A stretch of DNA of 24,000 bases, taken from Rhodocyclaceae bacterium (GTDB lineage Bacteria; Pseudomonadota; Gammaproteobacteria; Burkholderiales; Rhodocyclaceae). Under the pieces are notes generated by a model. It was not told the DNA's origin. It saw nothing but the letters and a program-made list of their open reading frames with translations, and ran no database searches. Where the stretch lies: positions 25,389-49,388 of the forward strand of contig DAITAZ010000009.1 of NCBI GenBank assembly GCA_036824045.1, read 5' to 3'. The position numbers were made by a program, and so were the translations under genes. Shown piece after piece: positions 8,499 through 16,651 of the stretch; the first letter of the stretch is position 1, and every line of letters begins with the position of its first letter.

Positions 8499-8537
8499 AA
8501 CGCCCGCCCCCAACACAACAGCCAGTCGCCCCCCGGG

Positions 8538-8555
8538 GCGGGGTACAATCGCGGC
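8538..8555 (+). promoter_or_regulatory. putative -10 region (TACAAT 8544-8549) with GC-rich discriminator, upstream of thrH
   Basis: GCGGGGTACAATCGCGGC lies 31 nt before GTG 8586. It is a near-copy of the motif at 7740-7757. Confidence 0.3.
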
Positions 8556-8585
8556 CTTTCGATTTTTTCCGTTAGGGAGTGCAGG

Positions 8586-9194
8586 GTGCAAATCGTTTGC
8601 CTGGACCTTGAAGGCGTGCTGGTCCCCGAGATCTGGATCGAGTTTTCCAAGCGCACGGGGATTCCCGAGCTGACCCGCACCACCCGGGACGAACCGGATT
8701 ACGACAAGCTGATGCGTTTCCGGCTGGATATCCTGGACCAGCACAAGCTCGGCATCGCCGACATCCAGGCAGTGATCAACGACATGGGCCCCATGGCCGG
8801 TGCCCGCGAGTTTCTGGACGGCCTGCGCGAGCAGTTCCAGGTGGTCATCCTGTCCGACACGTTCTACCAGTTCGCCGCGCCGCTGATGCACCAGCTCGGC
8901 CAGCCTACCCTGTTCTGCCACCGGCTGGAGATCGACGACGCCGGCCGGGTCGCCAACTACGTGCTGCGCATGCCGGACCAGAAGCGCGCCGCCGTCAAAG
9001 CCTTCAAGGCGCTGAACTTCAAGACCATCGCCGCAGGCGATTCCTACAACGACACCACCATGCTGGGCGAAGCCCACGCCGGCATCTTCTTCCGCCCGCC
9101 CGCCAACGTGATCGCGGATTTCCCCCAGTTCCCGGTCACCACCAACTACGCGGAACTCCGGGAGCAGATTCTGGCCGCCAGCCAACGGATCTGA
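8586..9194 (+). CDS. thrH: bifunctional phosphoserine phosphatase / homoserine phosphotransferase ThrH (HAD family)
   Basis: It is colinear with my recollection of Pseudomonas ThrH (..I.CLDLEGVLVPEIWI.F...TGI......TTRD.PDYD.LM..RL.IL..H.L...DIQ.VI; VVILSDTFY.F..PLM.QLG.PTL.CH.LEIDD; AAGDSYNDTTML.EAHAGI.F). It starts at GTG, with GGGAG upstream. Confidence 0.9.
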   Translation: MQIVCLDLEGVLVPEIWIEFSKRTGIPELTRTTRDEPDYDKLMRFRLDILDQHKLGIADIQAVINDMGPMAGAREFLDGLREQFQVVILSDTFYQFAAPLMHQLGQPTLFCHRLEIDDAGRVANYVLRMPDQKRAAVKAFKALNFKTIAAGDSYNDTTMLGEAHAGIFFRPPANVIADFPQFPVTTNYAELREQILAASQRI

Positions 9195-9213
9195 GGCGAG
9201 GAACCCGCCCACG

Positions 9214-9240
9214 AAAAAGGCGCCGCTGGGGCGCCTTTTT
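9214..9240. terminator. bidirectional Rho-independent terminator shared by thrH (+) and the yqjK-like gene (-)
   Basis: AAAAA-GGCGCC-gctgg-GGCGCC-TTTTT: a perfect 6-bp GC stem flanked by an A-run and a T-run. It overlaps the minus-strand stop codon at 9240-9242. Confidence 0.8.
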
Positions 9241-9545
9241 CATTTTGCCCGGAGCAAACCGCGCTCCACCAGCAGCGGCCTCAACCTCAGCCACCCCTGC
9301 CAGGCGAAGAACGTCCGCCGCGCGAGCCGGAATGTCCGTCGCGGCTTCAGCACCAGGATCAGCGTGCCGGCGCCGATCAGCCACTGGGGATTGGCCTTCA
9401 GCCAGCGCACCGAGTGGCTTACCGCATCGGCGGCACCAAGCGCTGGCGCCACCCCCGCTGCGTGCCCGGCCCACCGGGCCCGCAACTGGCCGCTCCGCTC
9501 CAGCAGGCGCTCCCGCTTGAGGGCGAGTGCCTCGGCCTTGCTCAC
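9240..9545 (-). CDS. YqjK-like small membrane protein
   Basis: Trimmed to GTG 9545, which overlaps the stop of the upstream yqjE-like gene (GTGA). The sequence KAEALALKRERLLERSGQLRARW...RLARRTFFAWQGWLRL resembles E. coli YqjK in both sequence pattern and operon position. Confidence 0.65.
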   Translation of the reverse strand: MSKAEALALKRERLLERSGQLRARWAGHAAGVAPALGAADAVSHSVRWLKANPQWLIGAGTLILVLKPRRTFRLARRTFFAWQGWLRLRPLLVERGLLRAK

Positions 9546-9931
9546 ATGTCCCCCGACCGGAGCTTTTCCCGGTCCTTGGCCAGTTCGGCAAGGCTGGCTG
9601 AAAAGAGCGACGAACCGGCTGCCTTGAGGCGCATGGCCAAAGCGAGGAAGACACCCCCCAGCGTCAGGAAGACGGCGGTGAAAATCCCCAAGGCCAGCAG
9701 CCGCTGGCCTTCCCACATCAGCACGGTGAGCAGCACCGCCAGGAATACCAGGCCGAAGACCAGGCACAGCACTGCCGCCACCCCATACACCAGCATGGCC
9801 CCCAGCCGCGCACCCTCGGCCTGGGCCTCGACGGAGAGCAGGGCCAGACGGTTTTGGGCGATGGCCAACGTGGTGGCCAGCAGCCCGCGGGCGTGGCTGA
9901 CCAGCCCTGCCTTGGCGGGAGTCTCTGTCAT
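9542..9931 (-). CDS. YqjE-like / phage-holin-family (DUF1469) inner membrane protein
   Basis: 129 aa with two long hydrophobic helices (LGAMLVYGVAAVLCLVFGLVFLAVLLTVL; LLALGIFTAVFLTLGGVFLALAM). It sits between DUF883 and yqjK-like genes, as in the enterobacterial yqjDEK cluster. Confidence 0.75.
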   Translation of the reverse strand: MTETPAKAGLVSHARGLLATTLAIAQNRLALLSVEAQAEGARLGAMLVYGVAAVLCLVFGLVFLAVLLTVLMWEGQRLLALGIFTAVFLTLGGVFLALAMRLKAAGSSLFSASLAELAKDREKLRSGDM

Positions 9932-9953
9932 GGCGCCCAGCCCTTTCCCGAGC

Positions 9954-10265
9954 CTAACGACGGCCGATCAGCAGGCCGATGATCAGGCCCACGCCCGCGG
10001 CCACGCCCACGGCGCGCCAGGGGTTGTCATGCACGTAGTCATCCGTGGCGCGGGCGGCAGCCTTGCTCTTGTCCACCACGGTGGCTTCCAGATCCGCCAG
10101 ACGGATCTTGGCTGCGCTCAGATGCTCCTGCACCTTGATGCGCATCTCGCCCATCTTGTCGCCCGCCGTGCCAGCGGTCGCCTTGAGCAGTTCTTCCGCA
10201 TCCGCCACCACCTGTTTGAAATCGGAAACCAGCTTTTCCTTGCCCACTTGGCTCATTTCGCTCAT
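9954..10265 (-). CDS. DUF883 family (ElaB/YqjD/YgaM-type) C-tail-anchored membrane protein
   Basis: 103 aa with a helical N-terminal part and the signature C-terminus YVHDNPWRAVGVAAGVGLIIGLLIGRR. Confidence 0.85.
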   Translation of the reverse strand: MSEMSQVGKEKLVSDFKQVVADAEELLKATAGTAGDKMGEMRIKVQEHLSAAKIRLADLEATVVDKSKAAARATDDYVHDNPWRAVGVAAGVGLIIGLLIGRR

Positions 10266-10383
10266 TTGCGTGCTCCTCGCTATCGTTGGATGCAGTGACT
10301 CATCTGAATGATCACGCTACGCCATCCGGGCATGCGCAACCCTGTTTCAAATCAATACAGCTTGTATATGGGGATGGTTCCGC

Positions 10384-11298
10384 CTAATTCCAGAGCCAGG
10401 CCGCACCCCGGACGCCCCCGGACGCGCCATGGCGGTTTCTGAGCAGGCGGGTGGCCACATGATCCGAAAACACATAGCGGCGCCACAACTGGGGCACATT
10501 GCGGTACAGGTGGTCCACCCCGGACATGCCGCCACCCAGCACGATCACATGGGGATCGAGGATGTTGATCACCTGCGCCAAGGCCCGGGCGAGGCGGCCC
10601 TCGTAACGCGCCAGACTGGCCCCGCAGGGCTCGTCGCCCGCCAATGCCCGGGCCACGATTTCCTCTGGCTTCAGGCTTTGCCCGGTTACCTGGGCATGGT
10701 CGCGGGCAAAACCGGGGCCGGACAGGTAGGTCTCGATGCAACCCTTGTGGCCACAGTAGCAGGCGGGCAGGGGTTCGTCTTCCGGGCCGTGGAAGGGCAA
10801 AGGGTTGTGGCCCCATTCACCGGCGATGGCATTGGCGCCGGTGAGCACGTGGCCATGCACCACCACGCCACCGCCCACCCCCGTTCCGAGGATGACTCCA
10901 AACACGACCTGCGCGCCCTCTGCCACCCCGTCCACCGCCTCCGACAGGGCAAAGCAGTTGGCGTCATTGGCCAGGCGTACCTCGCGTCCCAACGCGTTCT
11001 CCAGATCTTCCCGCAGGGGCTGGCCATTGAGGCAGACGGAATTGGAATTCTTGATCCGACCCGTCAGATCCGACACGGCACCCGGAGTACCCACGCCCAG
11101 GGTGCCGGTGGCACCCAATTCGCGTTCCACGTCCCGGACCAGCGCCACCACCGCCGCCACCGTTCCCGCGTAGTCCCCCTGCGGCGTTGCGACGCGCCGG
11201 CGCAGCAACTCCCGCCCGTCGGCATCCAGGGCAATGATCTCGATTTTGGTACCGCCCAGGTCGACACCCAGACGCAATGGATAGTGGCTGTGGGACAT
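10384..11298 (-). CDS. ROK-family sugar kinase (NagK/Mak-like)
   Basis: LGVDLGGTKIE ATP-binding N-terminus, GLGTGVGGG-type motif (ILGTGVGGGVV), GEWGH, and the zinc motif CYCGHKGCIETYLSGPG. The start is trimmed to ATG 11298 (MSHSHYPLRLGVDLGGTK). Confidence 0.88.
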   Translation of the reverse strand: MSHSHYPLRLGVDLGGTKIEIIALDADGRELLRRRVATPQGDYAGTVAAVVALVRDVERELGATGTLGVGTPGAVSDLTGRIKNSNSVCLNGQPLREDLENALGREVRLANDANCFALSEAVDGVAEGAQVVFGVILGTGVGGGVVVHGHVLTGANAIAGEWGHNPLPFHGPEDEPLPACYCGHKGCIETYLSGPGFARDHAQVTGQSLKPEEIVARALAGDEPCGASLARYEGRLARALAQVINILDPHVIVLGGGMSGVDHLYRNVPQLWRRYVFSDHVATRLLRNRHGASGGVRGAAWLWN

Positions 11299-11436
11299 GA
11301 ATGGATCCGCAGAACTCGCAGCAGCCCCCTTACGACTCCGGGGCGCGACACGCACGCAAGCATTATACGGACAGCACGCCCGACCCAACCCGAAGGATAC
11401 AATGCCCTTTCACACACGTAGTCGGGAGACAATCGC

Positions 11437-11772
11437 ATGATCATCACATTCCGCTCCCGGGCTGCCGGGGACGTCATCATGTTTGGCGACGTGGCCAAGC
11501 GCATGCTCGAGATCATGGGCAAGGACCCGGAAGAGCCCAAGGGCATTCTCACCGTCGCACAACTGCCGCAGGCCATCGCCAGCCTGCAGCAGGCCATTGC
11601 CGACGACAAAGCCCGCATGGCCGCCATGGCCGAAGAAGACCGCCCCAAGACAGAGCCCGCACCCGGCGGCGGCAAGCGCCCTTTTGTCAGCCTGGCCCAG
11701 CGTGCCGCGCCCTTGCTGGAACAACTGAACTATTCGCTGAAAGAGGAACAGCCCGTCACCTGGGGCACCTGA
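11437..11772 (+). CDS. DUF1840 domain protein
   Basis: 111 aa. The N-terminus MIITFRSRAAGDVIMFGDVAKRMLEIMGK is typical of DUF1840. GGGAGA RBS lies upstream. Confidence 0.7.
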   Translation: MIITFRSRAAGDVIMFGDVAKRMLEIMGKDPEEPKGILTVAQLPQAIASLQQAIADDKARMAAMAEEDRPKTEPAPGGGKRPFVSLAQRAAPLLEQLNYSLKEEQPVTWGT

Positions 11773-11976
11773 AGCCCCAACCCGGACAATGTGCAAAACC
11801 CTGTGTCGCCGTCCAGAGGTGTCAACCTGCCACGATGGGCCGGGCGTTATGGCCCTGCGCTCGCCCCAACGCCCGCACCCCATCGGGAACGGGAATGGTT
11901 GGCAAGGGTCTACCGCCAGGTGGCTCCCGCGGGAGCAAGGACGTTTCTCTTACAGGTTTGTACAGGAGGATTTGCC

Positions 11977-12300
11977 ATGACCGAGATCATCCCCCGCACC
12001 CCGGAACCCGATTCCCGCCGGACTGGGGGCGAACTGGACCCAGTGCTGCAGGCTTGGCGGCAGCTCGTCAACGCGGTGGCTGAACTGTTCCGTGGCCGGG
12101 CCAGCCGTGTCCGCCCCTGGGTGGATCAGGCGGAAAAGCAGGTCCACGAATGGAGCCAGGGCATGGGTCAGCAATTGGGCGGCGAGGCCAGCCGCGCCGC
12201 CAACGCCACGCGCCGCTTCGTGCAGGAGCGCCCGGTACAGGCCATGGGCATCGCCGCCGCCGCGGCCCTGCTGCTGGCTGCCCTGGTCCGCCGCAAGTAG
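11977..12300 (+). CDS. second DUF883-like (ElaB/YqjD-type) tail-anchored protein
   Basis: Trimmed to ATG 11977, preceded by ACAGGAGGA. The C-terminus RFVQERPVQAMGIAAAAALLLAALVRRK parallels the DUF883 C-terminal anchor of the gene at 9954-10265. Confidence 0.6.
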   Translation: MTEIIPRTPEPDSRRTGGELDPVLQAWRQLVNAVAELFRGRASRVRPWVDQAEKQVHEWSQGMGQQLGGEASRAANATRRFVQERPVQAMGIAAAAALLLAALVRRK

Positions 12301-12328
12301 TCCGCGCCGGGCGGATGCCGTGTCAATC

Positions 12329-12354
12329 GGGGCCCGTCCACCGGGCCCCTTTTT
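12329..12354. terminator. Rho-independent terminator between convergent genes
   Basis: The stem GGGGCCCG (12329-12336) / CGGGCCCC (12342-12349) has a 5-nt loop, followed by TTTTT (12350-12354). Confidence 0.75.
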
Positions 12355-12356
12355 CA

Positions 12357-12974
12357 TCAATACGGCTTGCGGCCGGTGAAATTTCCGGGCGGGCTGTAGT
12401 TGCACCCAATGATCACTGAATCGCGGCACTGGGCAATGCCGCAGCCCAGTTCGCGGGTCTCCCGCCACACCATCTGGGTGTAGTGGCCGACCTTGATGTA
12501 GTTGCGGTCGTTGATCGCCTCGCCCCGGTACACACGCTTTTCTTCTTCCCAGGAACGCGCCGCCTCCACCGGGCCAAAATAGCCCCGGGTACCGATGAAC
12601 AGGTTTTCCCCGTAGTTGCTGCGACGGGGGTTGTGCTGCAGGCCGCAGCTCCCCGCGGCCAGCTTGTCCAGCCAGGCCTGCTGGAACCGGGCAACTTCCG
12701 CCGACCAGGAGAGGGGCGGCACGCCGACTTCCTGGCGCACCCGGTTGTGCTCGGCCAGCATGGTCGCTGCCTGCTCGGTATTCATGCGCGAACCGGTTTC
12801 CGTCTGGATCGCCTCGGAACGCGCCGCCGACGCGGCGGCCGGTGCCGGGCCGGGCGCCACCGGCGTTGCCTTGGGGGAAGATGGGACAGGCTCAACCGTG
12901 CTGCAAGCGCCCAAGAGAGTCAGCAATGCGGCGATAACGACGCGTTCGACGGCGAGGCAGGGTGATCGTGACAT
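12357..12974 (-). CDS. CAP/SCP/PR-1 superfamily lipoprotein
   Basis: Trimmed to ATG 12974. It has a signal peptide with lipobox ALLTLLGAC. CAP-domain motifs are present: HNRVRQEVGVPPLSWS, GENLF, and GHYTQMVWRETRELGCGIAQC....IIGCNYSPPGN. Confidence 0.85.
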   Translation of the reverse strand: MSRSPCLAVERVVIAALLTLLGACSTVEPVPSSPKATPVAPGPAPAAASAARSEAIQTETGSRMNTEQAATMLAEHNRVRQEVGVPPLSWSAEVARFQQAWLDKLAAGSCGLQHNPRRSNYGENLFIGTRGYFGPVEAARSWEEEKRVYRGEAINDRNYIKVGHYTQMVWRETRELGCGIAQCRDSVIIGCNYSPPGNFTGRKPY

Positions 12975-13099
12975 GGGAACTCCCGGCGGGCCCGGCCAGC
13001 GGCTCCGACAGGAAGCCGACCCACACTGCCAGGCAGCAAAAAAGCGCCAGTTTACCCCGCTGCTTCCCTGCTGTGGGCGACCACTTCCGCCAGCCGCAC

Positions 13100-13603
13100 T
13101 CAGGCGGTAATGCGGGACTGCTTCTGCAGCTTGGCCTTGATGCGGTTTTGCTTGAGACGGGAGAGGTATTCCACGAAAACCTTGCCGTCCAGGTGGTCGA
13201 TCTCGTGCTGCAGGCACACGGCGAGCAGGCCATCAGCGTCGATGGAGAAGCGCTCTCCGGCAAGATTGAGGGCCTGCACGGTGACCCGCTCCGCCCGCAC
13301 CACCTTGTCGTAGATGCCGGGCACCGACAGGCAACCTTCCTCGTATTCCTGCAGACCGCTGTGGGCGACGATCTCCGGATTGATCAAGGTCAGCAGGCCA
13401 TCCCGGTTCTCGCTGATGTCGATGACGACGACCCGTTTTCGGACGTTGACCTGGGTTGCCGCCAGACCAATGCCCGGCGCCGCGTACATGGTTTCCGCCA
13501 TGTTTGTCGCCAGTTCCCGGATCTCGTCCGTCACCGCCTGCACCGGCGCCGCCTTCTCGTGGAGGCGGGGATCGGGGTAACGCAGGATAGGTAGCAGTGC
13601 CAT
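13100..13603 (-). CDS. def: peptide deformylase
   Basis: All three PDF motifs are present: [17 protein letters not shown] and QHEIDHLDG. The start is trimmed to ATG 13603 ([14 protein letters not shown]). Confidence 0.95.
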   Translation of the reverse strand: MALLPILRYPDPRLHEKAAPVQAVTDEIRELATNMAETMYAAPGIGLAATQVNVRKRVVVIDISENRDGLLTLINPEIVAHSGLQEYEEGCLSVPGIYDKVVRAERVTVQALNLAGERFSIDADGLLAVCLQHEIDHLDGKVFVEYLSRLKQNRIKAKLQKQSRITA

Positions 13604-13753
13604 AAATGGAGTCCTTGCCGGTTGCCGAAGGCCGGCGTGCGCAAATTGCCCTAAAGCTCCGGGGCCCGGGCGCCGAAAAAGCTGTCGGGAACAGGCGGGG
13701 CACATCCACCCCGCCCGGCTACCCGCCCCTCAGCCCGTGTCGCGAGCCAGATC

Positions 13754-14803
13754 ATGATTTTGCGCATTATATCCGTCCTCGTTTTCTGCTTATCAACCTT
13801 GGCGCTGGCCGATGAAGGCCCGGTGCAACTGGCGGACGACGCGCCGGATTCCCATGTGGTGGTCAAGGGGGACACGCTCTGGGGCATATCCGGCCGTTTC
13901 CTGAAACATCCCTGGCGCTGGCCGGAAGTGTGGCGGCTGAACCGGGAACAGATCCGCAATCCGCACCTGATCTACCCGGGCCAGGTGGTATTCCTCGACC
14001 GCTCCGGCCCCTATCTCCGGCTTGGCAGGCGGGTCGGCGGTGGCACGCAGGACAGCGCCCGACCGTCCGAGGGGCGCGCCTCGCCGAGGATCTACGACGA
14101 AAAGGTGGGCTCGGCGATACCGAGCATTCCATACCGGGATATCGAGCCTTTCCTGTCGCGACCGCTGGTGGTCGATGAATCCGGCCTGAAGGACGCGGGC
14201 ATGATCCTCGCCACCCAGGAAAACCGGGTCATGGTGGGGGCCGGCAACGTGATCTACGCCACCAAGGTGAACGAGCAGGTGCGGGACTGGCAGATATTCC
14301 GCCCTGAAGATCCCATCCGCGATCCCATCAGCAACGAAGTGCTCGGACATGAAGCTTTTTACCTCGGCACAGCCCGCCTCGCGCGCTCCGGCGAGCCAGC
14401 CACCCTGGAGGTGACCCGCGCGGTGCAGGAAGTCGGCCGGGGAGACAAGATCATCCCCACTGCCGAACCAGAGCTCCTCACCTATGCGCCCCACGCGCCC
14501 GAAAGCCAAGTATCGGGCCACGTGATCCGCCTCTACGACGGCGTGGGAGAAGTGGGTCGCAATCAGATTGTCACCCTCAATCTGGGCAAACGGCAGGGGA
14601 TGGAGGTGGGACACGTGCTCGCCCTGTATCGCAACGGCGAACTGGTACCGGTGAAGGCCGGCAACGACAAGGCCACCCTCAAGCTGCCGGACGAACGTTA
14701 CGGACTGGCTTTCGTGTTCCGTGTGTTCGACCGCGTGAGTTATGCCCTAATAATGAACAGCGAACGCCCGGTTAAGATGCTGGATGTGGTGCGTACCCCC
14801 TGA
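13754..14803 (+). CDS. LysM peptidoglycan-binding domain protein (secreted)
   Basis: Signal peptide MILRIISVLVFCLSTLALA, followed by a LysM motif (HVVVKGDTLWGISGRFL..PWRWPEVWRLN...I.NPHLIYPGQVV). It occupies the conserved position between def and dprA. Confidence 0.88.
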   Translation: MILRIISVLVFCLSTLALADEGPVQLADDAPDSHVVVKGDTLWGISGRFLKHPWRWPEVWRLNREQIRNPHLIYPGQVVFLDRSGPYLRLGRRVGGGTQDSARPSEGRASPRIYDEKVGSAIPSIPYRDIEPFLSRPLVVDESGLKDAGMILATQENRVMVGAGNVIYATKVNEQVRDWQIFRPEDPIRDPISNEVLGHEAFYLGTARLARSGEPATLEVTRAVQEVGRGDKIIPTAEPELLTYAPHAPESQVSGHVIRLYDGVGEVGRNQIVTLNLGKRQGMEVGHVLALYRNGELVPVKAGNDKATLKLPDERYGLAFVFRVFDRVSYALIMNSERPVKMLDVVRTP

Positions 14804-14830
14804 CCGGGCCCGTTTCGCGGTGGAATCCGG

Positions 14831-15970
14831 TTGCGGGGCAGCCCCCATAACCGGACCCGCACCGTGCAGATTTCTTCAGACCTCGCCGCTTGGCTGCGGC
14901 TCACTCTCACCCCCGAAATCGGCGGTGAACGCCAGCGCATCCTGCTCAACGCTTTTGGCGGGCCCGAACCGGTTTTTTCCGCCAGCCTTGGCCAACTCTC
15001 ATCGCTGGTTGGCGAGCGCCCCGCCCGCAAGCTTCTTGAGCACGACAGCCAAGCCGCTGTGGACGCTGCCCTCGCCTGGGCAGCGGAACCGGGCAACCAC
15101 GTCCTCACCCTTGCCGATGCGGAGTATCCGCGCCAGCTTCTGCAGATCCCCGATCCGCCGAGCCTGTTGTATGCCAAGGGCCGACTGGACCTCCTTCACC
15201 GCCCGGCCATCGCCATCGTCGGCAGCCGCAACGCGACCGCCCAGGGCGAAGCCAATGCGGAGGACTTCGCCCGCGCCCTCTCCGCAGCCGGTCTGACCAT
15301 CGTCAGCGGACTGGCGCTGGGCATCGATGCCGCCGCCCACCGCGGCGGACTGGCGGGCTCCGCGTCAACCGTGGGCGTCATCGGCACCGGCGCTGACCGG
15401 ATCTACCCGGCCCGCAATCGGGATCTCACCCATCGCATGGCCCGGGAAGGGCTCATCCTCAGTGAATTTCCCCTGGGCACCCCTGCGATTGCCTCCAATT
15501 TCCCTCGCCGCAACCGCATCATCTCCGGCCTGGCGCTTGGGGTTCTGGTCGTGGAGGCCGCACCCCAAAGCGGCTCCCTGATTACCGCCCGGCTGGCCGG
15601 CGAGCAGGGCAGGGAGGTGTTCGCCATCCCAGGCTCCATCCATTCCCCGCAGTCCAGGGGCTGCCACCAACTCATCCGCCAGGGCGCCAAGCTGGTGGAT
15701 TCGGCAGCGGACATTCTCGAAGACCTGCGTCTGCCCGCCGAGCTTCCGACCCCGCCCACTGCCGAAACCGCCATGCCCGCGCCTGCCCCGGAGGAGGCCG
15801 AGGTGTCGGAGCGCTTACTGGCGGCGCTGGGCCATGATCCGTGCGACATGGATCAGCTCACCCGGCGCACTGGCTTGACGCCAGATGCGCTCTACGCCAT
15901 TCTGTTGGCACTGGAACTGGATGGTCGGATTGCAACACTGCCGGGCGGACGGTTCCAGCGTGTTCATTAA
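14831..15970 (+). CDS. dprA: DNA-processing protein DprA (Smf)
   Basis: IAIVGSRNATAQGEANAEDFARALSAAGLTIVSGLALGIDAAAHRG and NFPRRNRIISGL are canonical DprA. The start is uncertain: TTG 14831 has GGTGGA upstream, and GTG 14864 is the alternative. Confidence 0.92.
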   Translation: MRGSPHNRTRTVQISSDLAAWLRLTLTPEIGGERQRILLNAFGGPEPVFSASLGQLSSLVGERPARKLLEHDSQAAVDAALAWAAEPGNHVLTLADAEYPRQLLQIPDPPSLLYAKGRLDLLHRPAIAIVGSRNATAQGEANAEDFARALSAAGLTIVSGLALGIDAAAHRGGLAGSASTVGVIGTGADRIYPARNRDLTHRMAREGLILSEFPLGTPAIASNFPRRNRIISGLALGVLVVEAAPQSGSLITARLAGEQGREVFAIPGSIHSPQSRGCHQLIRQGAKLVDSAADILEDLRLPAELPTPPTAETAMPAPAPEEAEVSERLLAALGHDPCDMDQLTRRTGLTPDALYAILLALELDGRIATLPGGRFQRVH

Positions 15971-15989
15971 GTGAGCGTTTGCTACCGCC

Positions 15990-16448
15990 ATGTTTGACGT
16001 TCTGGTCTACCTCTTCCATAACTACGCCCATACCGACGCTTGTCCCGAGCCGTCCCAGTTGGCGCGCAAGCTCTCTTCCGAGGGTTTCGAGGAAGACGAG
16101 ATTTTCGAAGCCCTGGAGTGGCTCTCCGGTCTCAAGCGCATCACGGGCACCAGCCGGCCCGAAATCACCCCCGATCACTACTCCTTCCGCTGCTACGCCG
16201 AACCGGAACTGGCCAAGCTGGACACGGACTGCCGTGGCTTCCTGCTGTTTCTGGAAAACGCGGGCGTGCTCGACAGCCTGCTGCGGGAGGTGATCATCGA
16301 GCGGGTGATGGCCCTGGCCGATGACGAGGTCTCACTCTCCAAGCTCAAGGTGATCGTGCTCATGGTGCTGTGGAACCAGCAACAGCCCATGGATTCCCTG
16401 ATCCTGGAAGAGTTGCTCAACGAGGACGGCCTGTTTTTCTCCAACTAG
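15990..16448 (+). CDS. smg: Smg protein (DUF494)
   Basis: MFDVLVYLFHNY... N-terminus, 152 aa, located immediately after dprA. Confidence 0.9.
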   Translation: MFDVLVYLFHNYAHTDACPEPSQLARKLSSEGFEEDEIFEALEWLSGLKRITGTSRPEITPDHYSFRCYAEPELAKLDTDCRGFLLFLENAGVLDSLLREVIIERVMALADDEVSLSKLKVIVLMVLWNQQQPMDSLILEELLNEDGLFFSN

Positions 16449-16537
16449 GGCCGGAACCTCCTTCTTTTCCCGGCTTGCCTTCCCGGCAGCTTGTTCTTAC
16501 CATCCGCCACACTTCGGGTAGCGCCTTGCGCGCCCGG

Positions 16538-16571
16538 CCCCAGCCGGCGACAACTCGCAGCCGCCGGCTGG
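16538..16571 (+). other. strong hairpin in the topoisomerase leader (11-bp perfect stem)
   Basis: CCCAGCCGGCG (16538-16548) and CGCCGGCTGGG (16561-16571) flank a 12-nt loop. There is no U-tract. Confidence 0.4.
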
Positions 16572-16651
16572 GAAAGCAACGATCGTCAGGGCTGTCCGGC
16601 CCGTTTAGGTGACGACTTTCCCCAACGTAGCATTGCAGTGGATTCACCCTG

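Noticed and set aside
8136-9212. 358-aa minus-strand ORF covering the UDG 3' end and thrH
   Set aside because: It is antisense to two well-supported genes and crosses their intergenic region. It has no motifs.
9414-11421. Plus-strand ORFs 9414-10298 (294 aa) and 10429-11421 (330 aa)
   Set aside because: They are antisense to the yqjDEK-like operon and to the ROK kinase, both of which carry clear family signatures. The translations are His/Arg/Gly-rich.
11899-11915. TGGCAAgggtcTACC as a second sigma54 promoter upstream of the second DUF883 gene
   Set aside because: It lacks the invariant GC of the -12 element.
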